Origin: Octopus sinensis
Lineage: Eukaryota
Direction: 5' to 3'
Length of the DNA: 64,000 nucleotides
Assembly (NCBI RefSeq): GCF_006345805.1
Contig: NC_043004.1
Coordinates: forward strand, 55,862,001 to 55,926,000
Of this stretch, positions 13,033 to 28,412 are shown piece by piece (the stretch's first letter is position 1; each line of letters opens with the position of its first letter). The translations under genes were made by a program, and so were the position numbers. The notes under the pieces were generated by a model that saw nothing but the letters and a program-made list of their open reading frames with translations, ran no database searches and was not told where the DNA came from.

Positions 13033-14361
13033 GTGTAAGCTATGGACACATAAGAGGTGCAGCAATGTCAAAGGAAGGCTAACTAGGAAGATGGTTTTTG
13101 TATGTGGCAGATGCTCAGGAACAATAAACACTGAAAATGCTCTGAGACCAACTTCTGTCACTTTCCAGGGAGAAAAACTAGAAATAGTTGATAGCTTCCG
13201 TTACCTAGGTGACCAAGTCAGCAGCGGGGGCGGGTGTGCTGAAAGTATAACTGCTAGAGTAAGAATAGCTTGAGCAAAGTTCAGAGAGCTCTTACTTCTG
13301 CTGGTGACAAAAGGCCTCTCACTCAGAGTAAAAGGCAGACTGTATGATGCGTGTGTACGAACAGCCATGCTACATGGTAGTGAAATATGGGCCGTGACTG
13401 CTGAGGATATGCGTAAGCTTGCAAGAAATGAAGCCAGTATGTTCCAATGGATGTGTAATGTCAGTACTCATACTCGACAGAGTGTAAGTACCTTGAGAGA
13501 AAAGCTGGACCTAAGAAGCATCAGTTGTGGTGTGCAAGAGAGACGTGTGTGCTGGTATGGGCATGTGGCAAGGATGGATGAAGATAGTTGTGTGAAAAAG
13601 TGCCACACCCTAGCGGTTGAGGGAACCTGTGGAAGAGGCAGACCCAGGAAAACCTGGGACGAGGTGGTGAAGCACGACCCTCGAACTCTAGGTCTCACTG
13701 AGGAAATGACTAGAGACCGAGACCTCTGGAAGTATGCTGTGTGCGAGAAGACCCGGCAGGACAAGTGAGACTATAACCTACGGCCTTCTACATGGGATGT
13801 AGCCAGCCCATGTATGCATACCTTCCCTTGTTGGGACACAAAACTCTACTTGTGAAGACCTGTTGAGGCAAGTGAGGATCAGAATCGAAATCGATCAATG
13901 GAAATTGCAGCTGAGTTACCAGTGCCGGTGGCGTGTAAGAGAACTATCCATTTGTGACCATTGCTAGCGCCGCCCCGACTGGCCTCGTGCTGGTGGCACG
14001 TAAAAAGCACCATCAGTTCGTGTCCATTGCCAGCCTCACCTGGCCCCCATGCCGGTGGCACGTAAAGCACCATCCGCTCGTGTCCGTTGCCAGCCTCGCC
14101 TGGCCCCCATGCCGGTGGCACGTAAAAGCACCATCCGTTTGTGGCCGTTTGCCAGCTCCGTCTGGCACCTGTGCGGGTGGCACGTAAAAAGCACCCACTA
14201 CACTCACGGAGTGGTTGGCGTTAGGAAGGGCATGCAGCCGTAGAAACACTGCCAGATCAGACTGGGCCTGATGCAGCCTTCTGGCTTCCCAGACCCCAGT
14301 TGAACCGTCCAACCCATGCTAGCATGGAAAGCGGACGCTAAATGATGATGATGATGATGAT
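13033..14361 (+). mobile_element. 5'-truncated RTE-clade LINE (RT C-terminus, in-frame TGA at 13271, 3' UTR with tandem units, (GAT)n tail)
   Basis: ORFs 12911-13273 and 13304-13768 (FRYLG, RIAW→stop, WYGHV.RM, GRGRPRKTW) nearly identical to the 25577-27195 copy. Confidence 0.92.
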
Positions 14362-17227
14362 ATATAAAGATAAATATATGTTTATGTGTGTGTGTATGAT
14401 GAGCAGACAAGTGATTCAATGCTATGGATGCCAAAGCATGGTTATACTTGAGAAGGTCGTTTGAAAACAACATATGATGTAGATCAACACACCAGAAACA
14501 CTGGACACTTCCCCAAAGACCTCCTTCGACTAATTCAGGACCAAGATGGATGGTGTGTGCAAGTTAAAAATGTCTAAGCAAGCTTCACCAGATGATGATG
14601 AGTTCTTCCAGTATCCATCAACCAAATTTGACTCACAAAGTATGGGTCAACTTGTGACTATAGTTAAAGATACAGTGTCCACACAGTGGAAATTAACACA
14701 AAAGCCACATGGCTCTGAAATGAAATTCTTTACCATGTGGCCATGGTTTCCAGATAGAAATTACACTCTCTAAGATTAAATACAAAGAATTTGTATTTGG
14801 CAGAAGAAACATTACCAGCGTGTTGCATCAATTACTGACAATGGTAAATCATAGGGAGGTGGAGAAAGATTAGAAATGTCTAGCAGAAAAGAAATTTCTT
14901 TTGTTTTTTAATTAATTTGTTATGAATGCCAGGCATGAACTGCTTTGTGTTTTCATTAAGAGCTCAAATAATTGAATGTATTGGTAAAGATATCATTGAT
15001 ATTGATAACAATGAAGTGACAGTATTGTAAATGATATTACTGATGATGATGGTAATGATACTGTTGATAATAGTACTAATGATGTTGGTGATGACAGTAT
15101 TGGTAAGGATATGCCTGATGTGATGTTGAAAATGGTGATATTATTGATGATAATGGTGATGATAAGGATAACACGATCAATAATGATATCATTGATGATG
15201 ATAATGATGACACTTGGTGATGATAATGATGATGATGACACTGAAAATGATGAGGATATTATAGGAAATTACATCAATAACAATAATGATTAAATGTTAG
15301 AAATCACCAATGGAAATTCAACAAAAAGGTTACAGGAAAAAGGGAGCAGATATCTATGATAGTGATGCCTTTCCAAAGAACAATAATCACAACATAATAA
15401 GTAAAACTTCTGATATAAAGACACATGACATCAATCGTAAACTACATTCCCCCTCCGAAACTCAATGTATCACATGGTCATAGTAATAAAAATAATGATG
15501 ATAAGATTGATGAGGCTAATTTCTTTTAATTAAGTACAAGGCCAGTTAATTGAATTAGACATCTGATATAAACTAGTATTTAATTAATTCAACCTTAATT
15601 GATAAAACACAGACAATATTAAGAAGGGACATTTTTTTTCCTTGTGTACTCTTTGCCATGTTTCAGTCACTGGACTGCGGTCATACTGGAGCAACAACTT
15701 TAATTTTTATTCTTTTTTATACTTCTGTCAATCAAATCAAACTTTATTTTAAAACCCTTTTTGTTACCATATTTCTACAAAAATAAACGACTTTTGTTTT
15801 CAAATAATTTTTCAAATAATGAACAATTTTGATGAAGAATTTAATTAAATAACCTTATCTTTAATAAGATGGTGTTTGATGCATTAATTAACATGAAACT
15901 GTGATGGATGGTTTTAATTTATATCACTTTAAAATTAGATGGTTTATATCATAGAACCAGGAATGGTCTCATAGAACTGGGCAGGTTGGTATCAAAAGAG
16001 TTAATACCTACTTATTTTATCAGTTACTTTTCTACTGAACTACTAATTATAGGGATGTAAACAAACCAATACCAGTTGTCAAATGGGATTTTAAACTCAG
16101 AATGTAAAGAGCTTGAACAAATACCACAAGGCATTGTTTCTATTATTCTAAAGAATCTACCAATCCATCACCTACCTTATCATCATCATTTTAATGTCCA
16201 GTTTTCCATGCTTGCATGAGTCAGACAGAGTTTATTGAGGCCCTTCCAGTCACCTACCCTCACCTGTTACCAAGATTTGAACTTTGTTTGCAGAGAGTCA
16301 GAAACAACAGCTAATTTCTACCGGTGAAAAGGCTCAAAAAATGAAGCTGACTTCTTCAAGGAAACAGACTTCCTTTAGTCTGTGGGGTCCACAATCACTA
16401 GGCTGCAGATTGTAGGCTGTAGTTAGCCCTGGGTTTTAAATGTGGACAGTGCCACACATCCCAGAGATGCATCTATCAACCCACATTTAATTCATATGAG
16501 TGTATTGGTGAAAGACTGATCCTAACCTCCTTGACACCTGTCTCAAGAGGACAATCACAAAGAGGAACTGAAGCCTGATGGACTACAGTTGAGCAAGGCC
16601 AAGAGGCACACAAGCCTAGTCCCAAGAGCATGGCTTTTGACTGTTGTTGGGCATTGGGACTCCACAATTGGGGATTCACAGCAGCTCAAAATGATATTCT
16701 ACTATGCAAAGTAGTAGCTAGCTCACCTTTGGAGGAAGCATCTGGATATAACACTTTCTTGAGGTGGGCTTTGAAATTCCATCATGTTCTACTCATATGT
16801 GTGGATCCTGTCAGTTAATGATTCTCTGAGATGTCATACAAAGTTCAGACAGCCTCCAAAGTACAGAACACAAAATTACAGTGCTGACTGAATAAAACAT
16901 GGGCTTTTGGTATTGTTTCTTTACCCACATGTAGAAGGACCAATTTGGCACGATTCTACCTTCATGACACAGCTACAACCATGAGTATAAGCTCTCTTGG
17001 TGTGACAAGGTCATGCCTTTCATCATCTACTACAGACTATAGCCCAGGGTTGATTAATGCTCTGTTAGTGGATTTTGTAAAATGGAAAGAAGTCAAAAGC
17101 CCATCGTGTGTGTGTGTGTGTGTTCGTATTAACACTACTGGGGCAGCAGTAACACTTCCTCACATCTTACCTATAAACAGAGTCTGGCAGCTTGGCAGGT
17201 TGATATGTGAAAATGTGGTATAAAGTA

Positions 17228-17510
17228 TCATCATCATCATCGTTTAGCGTCCGCTTTCCATGCTAGCATGGGTTGGACGGTTCAACTGGGGTCTGGGAAG
17301 CCAGAAGGCTGCACCAGGCCCAGTTTGATCTGGCAATGTTCCTACGGCTGGATGCCCTTCCTAACGCCAACCACTCCATGAGTGTAGTGGATGCTTTTTA
17401 CGTGCCAGACGAGTCTGGCAACGGCCACGATCGGATGGTGCTTTTTATGTGCCACCAGCACGGAGGCCAGGCGAGGCTGGCAACGGCCACGATCGGATGG
17501 TGCTTTTTAC
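17228..17510 (-). mobile_element. RTE 3' UTR fragment
   Basis: (cat)n, tail and two ~58-bp units. Confidence 0.8.
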
Positions 17511-18011
17511 CTTAGCTGAAAACATAAGGGTTGGCATCAGAAAGGGCATCTGGTTGTAGAATACTGTCTCAAAGTGTCTCATGCAACCCATGTCAGTCTG
17601 GGAATAGCCAGCATAAAAACAAAGTTTCTGCCACTGCTGCTGATGATGATAACGATGCTGATGAGGACTAAAATAAGAGAGACACATTTTTGTTTTTTTA
17701 CAGGCCATTGCTAGAAATTTGAAGACAACTAGTTAGATATCTATAGCTATTTCTATCAAGTAAGTTAATTACCACTAGATTAGGGTTCTATATTTGGATT
17801 CTAGACGAGAACAACAACAATGAAGATAATGATTGAGATGATGATGATGATATTATTAATGACCATTTGTAAAGGGTCAACCTGTTGTGGGAAAGGATTA
17901 AAAATAATAATAATCATCATCATCATCGTTTAACGTCCGCTTTCCATGCTAGCATGGGTTGGACGGTTCAACTGGGGTCTGGCAAGCCCGAAGGCTGCAC
18001 CAGGCCAGTCA

Positions 18012-18049
<38 letters not shown>

Positions 18050-19045
18050 TAATAAAATGATAAAATAAAATGAAATAAAATCCAACTGTATTGATATTTT
18101 ATCTTTGATTTATAAATAAACAAAATGAAATTTAACTGGCAACAGCTTTTTCTTCCTTCTATGCTCTTGTGCCATCATTATTGACAGCAATCAGGGTTTT
18201 AAAACTGGCATTCATTTTAATCCTTCTTAGGTGAGAGGTTTTTCTGTCTTGGCACTGCAACCATGTTGATTTTCAGTTGTCACATGCAGCATTTGCTACT
18301 ATTCCTTTGGTGTGTATGTGTATCTGCGAGCTTGTAGTTGTAGTGAAAGAAACAAAGCACTCAACACCATAAAGTAGAGCATGCATTTAAGTTAGCCAGT
18401 TGAAACCACCACTACCAACTACTGGGGAATTTTTTTGCATTTTGGAAGTCAGACTAAGAAACTGTAAGTAGTTGCCAGTATTGGTTTTACACACACACAT
18501 GATCATCATCATCATTTAATATCCATTTTCTATGCTGGTATGGATGGTTTGACTGAAAACTAGTAAGCTGCACCAGGTTTCAATCTTATTTGGAATGGTT
18601 TCAACAGCTGGATGCTCTTCCTAATGCCAACCACTCCAAAAGTGTAGTGAGTGCTTTTTATGTGTCATATTTACACACACACACACACATGTATATACAC
18701 ATATACAGTTGACCAAATTATATATGTAAACCTTTGTTGTAGATATACAAATAAAAGAAATTTAACTACTTCTCCATAGATTGAAACAAAAATGATGAAT
18801 GATCTGAACTGGTTTTTGAACCTTATTAGGTTCTCATCAGAGAAGAGTAGGGTAAACATAGACTCAAAAATACACACATACAATGGGCTTCTTTCAGTTT
18901 CCACTTACTTCTTGCAAAGCTTTTGTTGCCCTGAGGCTATAGCAAAAGACACTTGCTTAAGGTGCCTTGGAGTGGGACTGAACTTAATGCTATACAGTTG
19001 GGAAGCAAACTTCAAAACCACACAGTTAAGCCTACACCAATAAAT

Positions 19046-19076
<31 letters not shown>

Positions 19077-20140
19077 CATGTATACCACAGAGCCATATTT
19101 ACTCACAGTTGGAGTCTTTCAGTTTCTATCTACAAAGCCCAGGGTGCCATGCTCTAAGACTGAACCTGAAATTATGTGGTTGAAAAGCAAACTTCTTAAC
19201 CACATAACCATGCCTGCACGCATTTATATATATATGCTCTTTGTATGTTTTACAAATAATTTTCCATGCTAGAATGGGTTGGATGAGTACATACTGAGAT
19301 ATTGTTATGCAGCTGGATACCTTTCCTCTCACTTTAACCCTTGCTTGTTTGTGAAGCAAGGGATTTTTTTCTATCGCAATTGTCTTCAAAAGTGCAAAGC
19401 AATAGAATGATTTCTAGATGGGGCATGAGGTAGTTTTTTTTACTCAACACATTTAAGTGAGGACATGGGATGTAAACCTACACAACGACACACATGTGTG
19501 CATATGCACTCACACATTCTCATGTTTATAAATATACAATGGACTTCCATACAATTTCCATCACTGATTCCCCTAACACTAGTTGATCTCAGGATATAAT
19601 AGAAGACACTTGCCCAAGGTGCTATATGGAGATATAGAACTTAAGACCAAGGGGTTATAAAGTGAACACTAGATTCACACAAACATGTATGTCAGTGTGC
19701 ACGTGTTCCCTCTCTCTCCCTCATATCAATTCTGTTACCAAGTGAAAAGGATAGAAATAGTCTTCTATTGCATTTGAGATACACAGCAATTATAGTGATG
19801 AATATAAACCAATGACTTTTCAACAAAATAGCTGAAGCATTAGCTAATCAGCAATTGTGATAGTTTGTAAAAATTGTAGGTCTGACAAAAATCTTGCCCT
19901 CCTTAGCAACTATTCTGGCTCTCTGCTACTCTCCAGATTTAGTTCTACATTAAAGGATTAACTTTTTTTTTTGAAAACTTAAGCTGCAAGGAATTGTTCA
20001 TTTTTAATAGCTCTTTGCCAAAAGCAAGCCAGACGGCTGATAATGAGTAATGTGCAACACAGTTGATTTATAAGGATGGATTTATCAATGGTTCAACATT
20101 CTGCTGTTACTACTTACTGGCATTTCTAGTGTATGTGTGC

Positions 20141-20672
<532 letters not shown>

Positions 20673-20904
20673 ATGTATATACTTACACATACATATACAC
20701 ATGCTTTCTAATCACATGGTTCCAGGTTCAGTACCACTGTATGGCACCTAGGGCATGTTTCTTCCAGTATATGTGTGTGATGTGTGTGTATATGTGGTGT
20801 GTATGTGTGTGTTTGTCTCTCACCATTGTTTCACAATCAATGTTGGTGTGTTTACATCCCCATAACTTAACGGTTTGACAAAAGAGATGGGTAGAATAAG
20901 TAGT

Positions 20905-21300
20905 GTGGCTCTGTGGTAAGAAGTTGCTTCCTAACCACATGGTTCCAGGTTCAGTCCCACTGTGTGACACCTTAGGCAAGTGTCTTCTACTATAGCCTCG
21001 GGCTGATCAAAGCCTTGTGAGTGAATTTGATAAATGGAAACTTAAAGAAGCCCATCGTGTATGTGTGTGTATGTGTATTTATGTGTATTTGTCTGTGTTT
21101 GTCCCCCTGCCATCACTTGACAAATGATGTTAGTGTGTTTATGTCCTTGAAACTTAGTGGTTCAGCAAAAAAAACTGATAGAATAAGTACTAGGCTTACA
21201 AAAAATAAGTCCTGGGGTCAATTCATTTGACCAAAATTCTTCGAGGTGGTGCCCCAGCATGGCTGTAGTCGAATGACTGAAACAAGTAAAAGATAAAGAA
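20905..21300 (+). mobile_element. SINE family A, older CpG-decayed copy
   Basis: Head tggctctgtggtaagaag… to tail aaacaagtaaaagat. Confidence 0.8.
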
Positions 21301-23016
21301 ATATATACACACATACCCACCCACACACATCCGTCTTCCATGCTGTCATGAGTTGGATGGTTTGACAAGATATGACAAGTCAAGATTGCCCTGAGCTCTG
21401 ATGTCTGTTTTGGTATGGTTTCTAAGGCTGGATAATCTTTATAATGTCATCCACCTTACAGTGTGCAGGGTGCTTTTTTTCATGGCACTGATATTAATGG
21501 GGTCACTAAATAACTTGCGAGACAAGACCCTTTGACTGAGTTGGGGTGCAGTATTAAGGGTGGTGTTGAGAGGCTGAAGTATGACAGAGGAACAGAAATG
21601 GGTATCTTGTAGAGGAGACACATGGCTACCTCACCTGGAAAGGGACAAAAGATGGTGATGATGAGGTGTTAGAGCATACTCTCAAAGTACAAAAAGGTGA
21701 ATATAGGAGAGGAGAGGACAGACGATCAGGTAAATGCAGTAAGTGGTGAACAAGGGTGGCAGTCTGGTCAATGGCAAATCTCAGATTTGGGAGGAAGGTT
21801 AAGGAAAATAGGGGAGGGCCAGGGAAGAGAAGGTTATCAGTGGCAATAGATACAAGGGCTGTGGAGAGCAACAGTAAAGTAGAATTGTAGGCAGATGAAA
21901 TATGAGATGGTGTGAAGTATGCATGTTGGTGGGTAGGGTGAGAGAGAGATGCACAGTAACAGAGATGGAGGTCAGAGACATTTAGGTGGGGATATAGCAA
22001 GTGATGAACAGTGATGGTGATGGGCAGACAATGGCAGTTACGAGCTGCTCAGTGGAAAATAAAGTGGTTAGGGGTGATATTGAGAATGCAGGATATGGGT
22101 GATGAATAATGGGGTGGCTCCAAGAAGAGGGATAACTAGTGGCGCAAAAGTGGGATGAAACATCTGCAGTTCTGCTCTTATACAATTGCAGCAGCTGAGT
22201 ATATAATGTGGTAGTTAGAAGAGTAATGGGAAGATGGGTGTTAGAAAGATGAGTTGTGGGGAGGGCTTGACAGTGGAATAGACATATGTGATATGCTTTT
22301 ATGACTTCATTTTCTGTTAAGATAGATGGGTCTCATGTATTGCTAATCATCTCAGTACTTTGTCATCTCATAGATGAGGCTCGTATACATACATGTACAT
22401 ATATATTCATGTATACACATCTGTACATAGATATACAAGTATGCAATGCTCATCATCATCATTTAACATTCATGTTCCATGCTTGCATGGGTTGGACAGT
22501 TTGACATGAATCTAATGTGTTACGGGACTGCGTTGCACTCCAGTGTCTGCTTTGGAATGGTTTCTACAGTCACCAAGCAACTCACAAACACCATTCCAGA
22601 GGGATTGGGGGATGCACCCTTAAGCTAGATAAGGGTTAAGGTACAAGAAGAGATAAAGTGATGATGAGGTGTCCAGGTGGCACTTCAAGGTACGAAGGGA
22701 GAAGGTGGAAGTGGAGAAACTAGAAGTGTGTGGGTTTGCAGGAGTGTTGGAGGAATGAGATAGGGGAAACGAGAGATGGAGGTAAGCGACACCCGTAAAG
22801 ATTGGGAAAGGTTGAAGAGTGGATGGAGGGAGTGATGAATATGTCAGTGAGAGATTATGTGTTTATGTTTGGGTAGGCTGCAGTAGCAGGGGAAGGAGAG
22901 AGAGAGAGAGAGATGCACATACACAATGATACAATGATCATTAAAAAATCAAAACAGGAGGGACAAGGTTGAACAAATAAGGCATTAGCTTAATGCTTCA
23001 ATGGAAAGAAAAAGTG

Positions 23017-23052
23017 TCTTGATATTTCAGATGTTAGTCCTTCATCAGAAGA
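23017..23052 (-). ncRNA. Decayed minimal type I hammerhead motif
   Basis: TCTT-CTGATGA-A-GGAC-TAAC-ATCT-GAAAT-ATC-AAGA; deviations are explained by CpG decay of GTCC-GAAAC-GTC. Confidence 0.5.
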
Positions 23053-23279
23053 AAAGAGAAAAAAATTAATATAATGGTGTAATAGTCCTTCATCAGAAGA
23101 AGAGAGAAAACCAGAGAATGGGTGTGAAAGAGAAAAAAATTAATATAATGGTGTGGTATGTTTATCACATCTCCATGATGACCTCAAGTTAAGCCACTGA
23201 TCAAAATGTACAACTGAATATACACTTGGTGTATATGTTGACAGGAAATGTCATCATTTTCTGCTCAACACTTTTATGC

Positions 23280-23890
23280 AGCTAAAGAAGAAGGTAAGCT
23301 TTTTTGTGTGGTAGATGTACAAGAGTAATATGTATGAAGTATATATTGGAAATAGATTCTCTTAGATGCTCTGTTGACTCACCAGAAGTTAATACCTCTG
23401 TTATCTAGGTAAAAGAAGTAGAATTCATGGTCCAGAAAATATAGAAGCCAGAGTAAGAATGGGTTGAGCTAAAAGAAAATTCAGGATGCTATTACCATTA
23501 AAGGCAATAAAGGCCCTTTTTCTCACAGAGCAAAGTGTAGAGTGTATGTTAGAACTGTGATACTGCATGGTAGCAAGACATGAGCCTTGAATGCAGGCAA
23601 CCTGCAATAACTAGAAAGAAATTAAGCCAGCTTGCTCCAATAGGTGTTTAATGTGAATGTGCATGGACACCAGAGAATAAATGAGCTGAGAGAAAATCTG
23701 GGTATAAAAGGAAACAGGTGCAGTGTGGTAGAGAGAAGGCTGTGCTGGAATGGATATGTGACGTGAACAGAAGATGACTACTGTATAAAGATATGCAACT
23801 TGCAGAAGAGGGAGACCAAGGAAAACTTGGGAAGTGGTAGAGGATGAATTGGTGATACATAGTGTTGCAGAAGACCCGTCCATCCATGGC
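23280..23890 (+). pseudogene. Old degenerate RTE RT C-terminal fragment
   Basis: Decayed similarity to 13100-13760 (gccagagtaagaatgggttgagct, ctgcatggtagcaagacatga, agagggagaccaaggaaaacttggg). Confidence 0.7.
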
Positions 23891-24133
23891 AAAATTACTG
23901 GAATAACCGTGAAATTTAATTTCACAATGAAGGGGTTAATGAAAACATAAAGACTGTATAAAATAAATAGCAAAAATAGACTTTATGATACAGAGATACT
24001 TTTACTTGAACATACAGTATGCATCTGGAGCTTGGTGCCTTGATAAACATTATAATTGTGAGATAGAGATGAAGACCCAGGAGCAGCTAAGAAGGCTGCT
24101 AATCAAAAGAAATATGTAAATGATGAAATATGA

Positions 24134-24355
24134 AGTAAAGATTATTTGCCAATTGAACATGGCAGTCCTGGTTTAGGACGAATGTTGCTGTAATTTAAAC
24201 CCAGGAGACATTGTCTCCAGCTGGCTATACAACACAATCTGTGTCCTTATATTGTGTTGTATAGCCAGCTGGAGACGATGTCTCCTGGGGCTAAATTACA
24301 GCAACATTCGTCCTAAACCAGGACTGCCATGTTATGTTGGCAAATAATCTTTACT
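24134..24355. repeat. Long hairpin (~105-bp arms, 12-nt loop)
   Basis: Arms reverse-complementary with only a few mismatches. Confidence 0.92.
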
Positions 24356-24751
24356 CCAAAATACTGTTGCTGAATATCTCTCATTGTGAGATTTACAAAT
24401 AATAATTTTCTGATGAAATATTAGTTAGGAACTCTATGGAAATGCTAGAATAATAGCATTTATTGAGAATGTGACATTAGGTTAGGTGATGTATGTATGC
24501 ATATGTGTGTGTGTGTATGTATGTATATATATATCATCATTGTTTAGCATCTGCTTTCCATGTTAGCATGGGTTGGATGATTTGACTGAGGAGTGGTGAA
24601 CTAGATGGCTGCACCAGGCTCCAATCTTGATCTGGCAGAGTTTCTACAGCTGGATGCCCTTCATAATGCCAACCACTCCGAGAGTGTAGTGGGTGCTTTT
24701 ATGTGCCAGTCAGGCAGTACTGGCAACATATATATATATATATATATATAT

Positions 24752-27195
24752 CATCATCATCATCATTTAGCGTCCGTTCTCCATGCTAGCATGGGTTGGA
24801 CGGTTCAACTGGGATCTGTGAAGCTGGAAGGCTTCATCAGGCCCAGTCAGATCTGGCAGTGTTTCTACGGCCGGATGCCCTTCCTAACGCCAACCACTCC
24901 GTGAGTGTAGTGGGTGCTTTTTACGTGCCACGCGCACAGGTGCCAGACAGAGCTGGCAAACGGCCACGAATGGATGGTGCTTTTACGTGTCACCGGCACG
25001 GGGCCAGGCAAGGCTGGCAACGGACACGAACGGATGGTGCTTTTACGTGCCACCAACACGGGGCCAGACAGAGCTGGCAAACGGACACGAACGGATGGTG
25101 CTTTTACGTGCCACCAACACGGGGGCCAGACAGAGCTGGCAAACGGCCACGAAACGGATGGTGCTTTTACGTGTCACCGGCACAGGGGCCAGGCGAGGCT
25201 GGCAACGGACACGAACGGATGGTGCTTTTACATGCCACCGACACGGGGGCCAGACAGGGTTGGCAAACGGCCATGAATGGATGGTGTTTTTACGTGTCAC
25301 CGGCACGGGGGCCAGACAGAGCTGGCAAACGGCGACGAACGGATGGTGCTTTTACGTGTCACCGGCACGGGGGCCAGGCGAGGCTGGCAACAAACACGAA
25401 CGGATGGTGCTTTTACGTGCCACCGACATGGGGGCCAGACAGGGCTGGCAAACGGCCACGAACGGATGGTGCTTTTACGTGTCACCTGCACGGGGGCCCT
25501 GATGTTGATCGACCTCAATTTGGTTCTGCTTTCTGATATATGTATTGATTTGGTTTGATTTTGATTTTGACTGTTCTCACTGGTCTTGCCGGGTTTTCTC
25601 ACGCACAGCATACTTCCAAAGGTCTCGGTCTCTGGTCATTTCCTTGGTGAGACCTAAAGTTCGAAGGTCGTGCTTCACCACCTCGACCCAGGTTTTCCTG
25701 GGTCTACCTCTTCCACAGGTCCCCTCAACTGCCAGGGTGTGGCACTTTCGCACACAACTATCTTCAGCCATTCTCATCACATGACCATACCAGCGCAAAC
25801 GTCTCTCTTGCACACAACAACTGATGCTACTTAGGTTCAACTTTTCTCTCAAGGTACTTACACTCTGTCGATTATGAACACTGACATTACACATCCATCG
25901 GAGCATACTAGCTTCATTTCTTGTGAGCTTACGCAAATCCTCAGCAGTCACAGCCCAAGTTTCACTACCATGTAGCATGGCTGTACGTACACATGCATCA
26001 TACAGTCTGCCTTTTACTTTGAGCGAGAGGCCTTTTGTCACCATCAGGGGTAAGAGCTCTCTAAACTTTGCCCAGGCTATTCTTACTCTAGCAGTTATAC
26101 TTTCAGCACACCCGCCCCCGCTACTGACTTGGTCACCTAGGTAACAGAAACTATCAACTACTTCTAGTTTTTCTCCCTGGAAAGTGACGGAAGTTGGTCT
26201 CAGAGCATTTTCAGTGTTTATTGTTCCTGAACATCTGCCACATACAAAAACCATCTTCCTAGTTAGCCTTCCTTTGACATTGCTGCACCTCTTATGTGTC
26301 CATAGCTTACACTTGGTGCATCTTATAGAGTTTCTACCTACCCCTTTTCTACAGATCGAGCAGGGCCATCTACCTGAAGGCGTTTGTGATTGGTCTACCT
26401 TCCTACTTATTAGGACTTTGGTTTTGGCTAGGTTGATTCTAAGGCCCTTCGATTCTAAACCATGCTTCCATACCTGAAACTTCTCCTCTAGTTCTGATAC
26501 AGACTCAACAATTAGAGCAAGGTCATTAGCATAGAGGAGCTCCCAGGGGCATCCTGTCTTGAATTCCTCTGTTATTGCCTGGAGGACTATGATAAATAGG
26601 AGGGGACTGAGGACTGAACCTTGGTGGACCCCAACCTCTACCCTGAATTCTTCACTGTACTTGATGCCAACCCTCACCTTACTAGCAGCGTCTCTGTACA
26701 TGGCTTGTACAGCTTTCACTAACCATTCATCTATCCCTAGTTTCCTCATTGACCACCAGATGAGGGATCGGGGGACCCTGTCGAAGGCTTTCTCCATATC
26801 AACAAAAGCCAGGTATAGGGGCTTGTCTTTGGCTAGGTATTTCTCCTGCAGCTGTCTTACCATGAAAATAGCATCAGTAGTACTTTTCCCTGGCACGAAC
26901 CCAAACTGCATCTGATCTAGGCTAACTCTCTCTCTAATTAGTTGGGCTATAACCCTCTCTGTAACCTTCATTACCTGATCCAGCAGCTTGATACCCCTGT
27001 AGTTATTTGTATCTAGGGCGTCACCTTTACCTTTGTAGCAGCTGACTATTATGCTGCTACACCAGTCATTGGGAATGACTCCTTCGTGTATCACCTTGTT
27101 AACTATATGGGTGACTAGGCTATAGCCGACACTACCAGATATTTTGAGCATCTCTGCAGTAATTCCTGATAGGCCTGGGGCTTTCCCTGTTTTTT
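24752..27195 (-). mobile_element. 5'-truncated RTE-clade LINE: RT domain plus PHD-like finger, 3' UTR with tandem array, (GAT)n tail
   Basis: Motifs KAPG, NYRGIKLL, QFGF, FVDMEKAFDRV, GVHQGSVLSPLLF, YANDL, FCYLG; stop at 25577; both ends abut (TA)n. Confidence 0.95.
24915..25497. repeat. Tandem array of ~10 x ~58-60-bp units in the RTE 3' UTR
   Basis: Repeated ggatggtgcttttacgtg(t/c)caccggcacgggggccag…gctggcaa(a)cgg. Confidence 0.9.
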
Positions 27196-27202
27196 GATCA
27201 TT

Positions 27203-27668
<466 letters not shown>

Positions 27669-28156
27669 GAATGATCAAAAACAAGAAAAACAAAAGAGGG
27701 CAAGTTTTCACAAGCCTGAAAGGTAATGAAAAGAGTTTCTAACATTTCAGACACTAGTTCCATAATATATTGCCATAATCACTTTCTTGTCTTTTTAACA
27801 CCCACTTTTCCATGCGTTTATGGGTCAGATGAAACCTAGTCGAGGCATATTTTTCTATAGCTTGATATTCACCCAGTTGTTAACCTTCCTCTGTTTCCAA
27901 GGAAGTTTAATATTTTCCCTTAGTTTACTGAACAACAAACAACCAAGAAAAGTTTTCAGAGAGAGTTGTAAGCTAACAACATTTTGTATAAATGGTGACT
28001 TATACTCTCACCATCAGAGAGCACATGTCAAGACAAGATAAATATACACTCACTCAGATATACACAAACTTATACGTACATACATACACACAAACATCTA
28101 CAATGACAGTGAAACCAATAACATATTAAATAGTTTGTATCTTTTCCTGCATATTA

Positions 28157-28349
28157 CTCTTTACTGTTTTACTTGTTTCAGTCATTTGACTGCGGCCATG
28201 CTGGAGCACCGCCTTTAGTCGAGCAAATCGACCCGGGACTTATTCTTTGTAAGCCCAGTACTTATTCTATCGGTCTCTTTTGCCAAACCGCTAAGTGACT
28301 GGGATGTAAACACACCAGCATCGGTTGTCAAGCAATGCTAGGGGGACAA

Positions 28350-28412
<63 letters not shown>

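Noticed and set aside
14990-15290. Asp/Met- or Ser/Ile-rich ORFs
   Set aside because: Degenerate (GAT)n low-complexity DNA
17704-17759. Plus-strand acceptor/donor pair
   Set aside because: Stops in all three frames; no supporting context
24796-25536. 246-aa repetitive ORF or CRISPR-like array
   Set aside because: Tandem units of the RTE 3' UTR; no unique spacers, no cas genes, eukaryotic context
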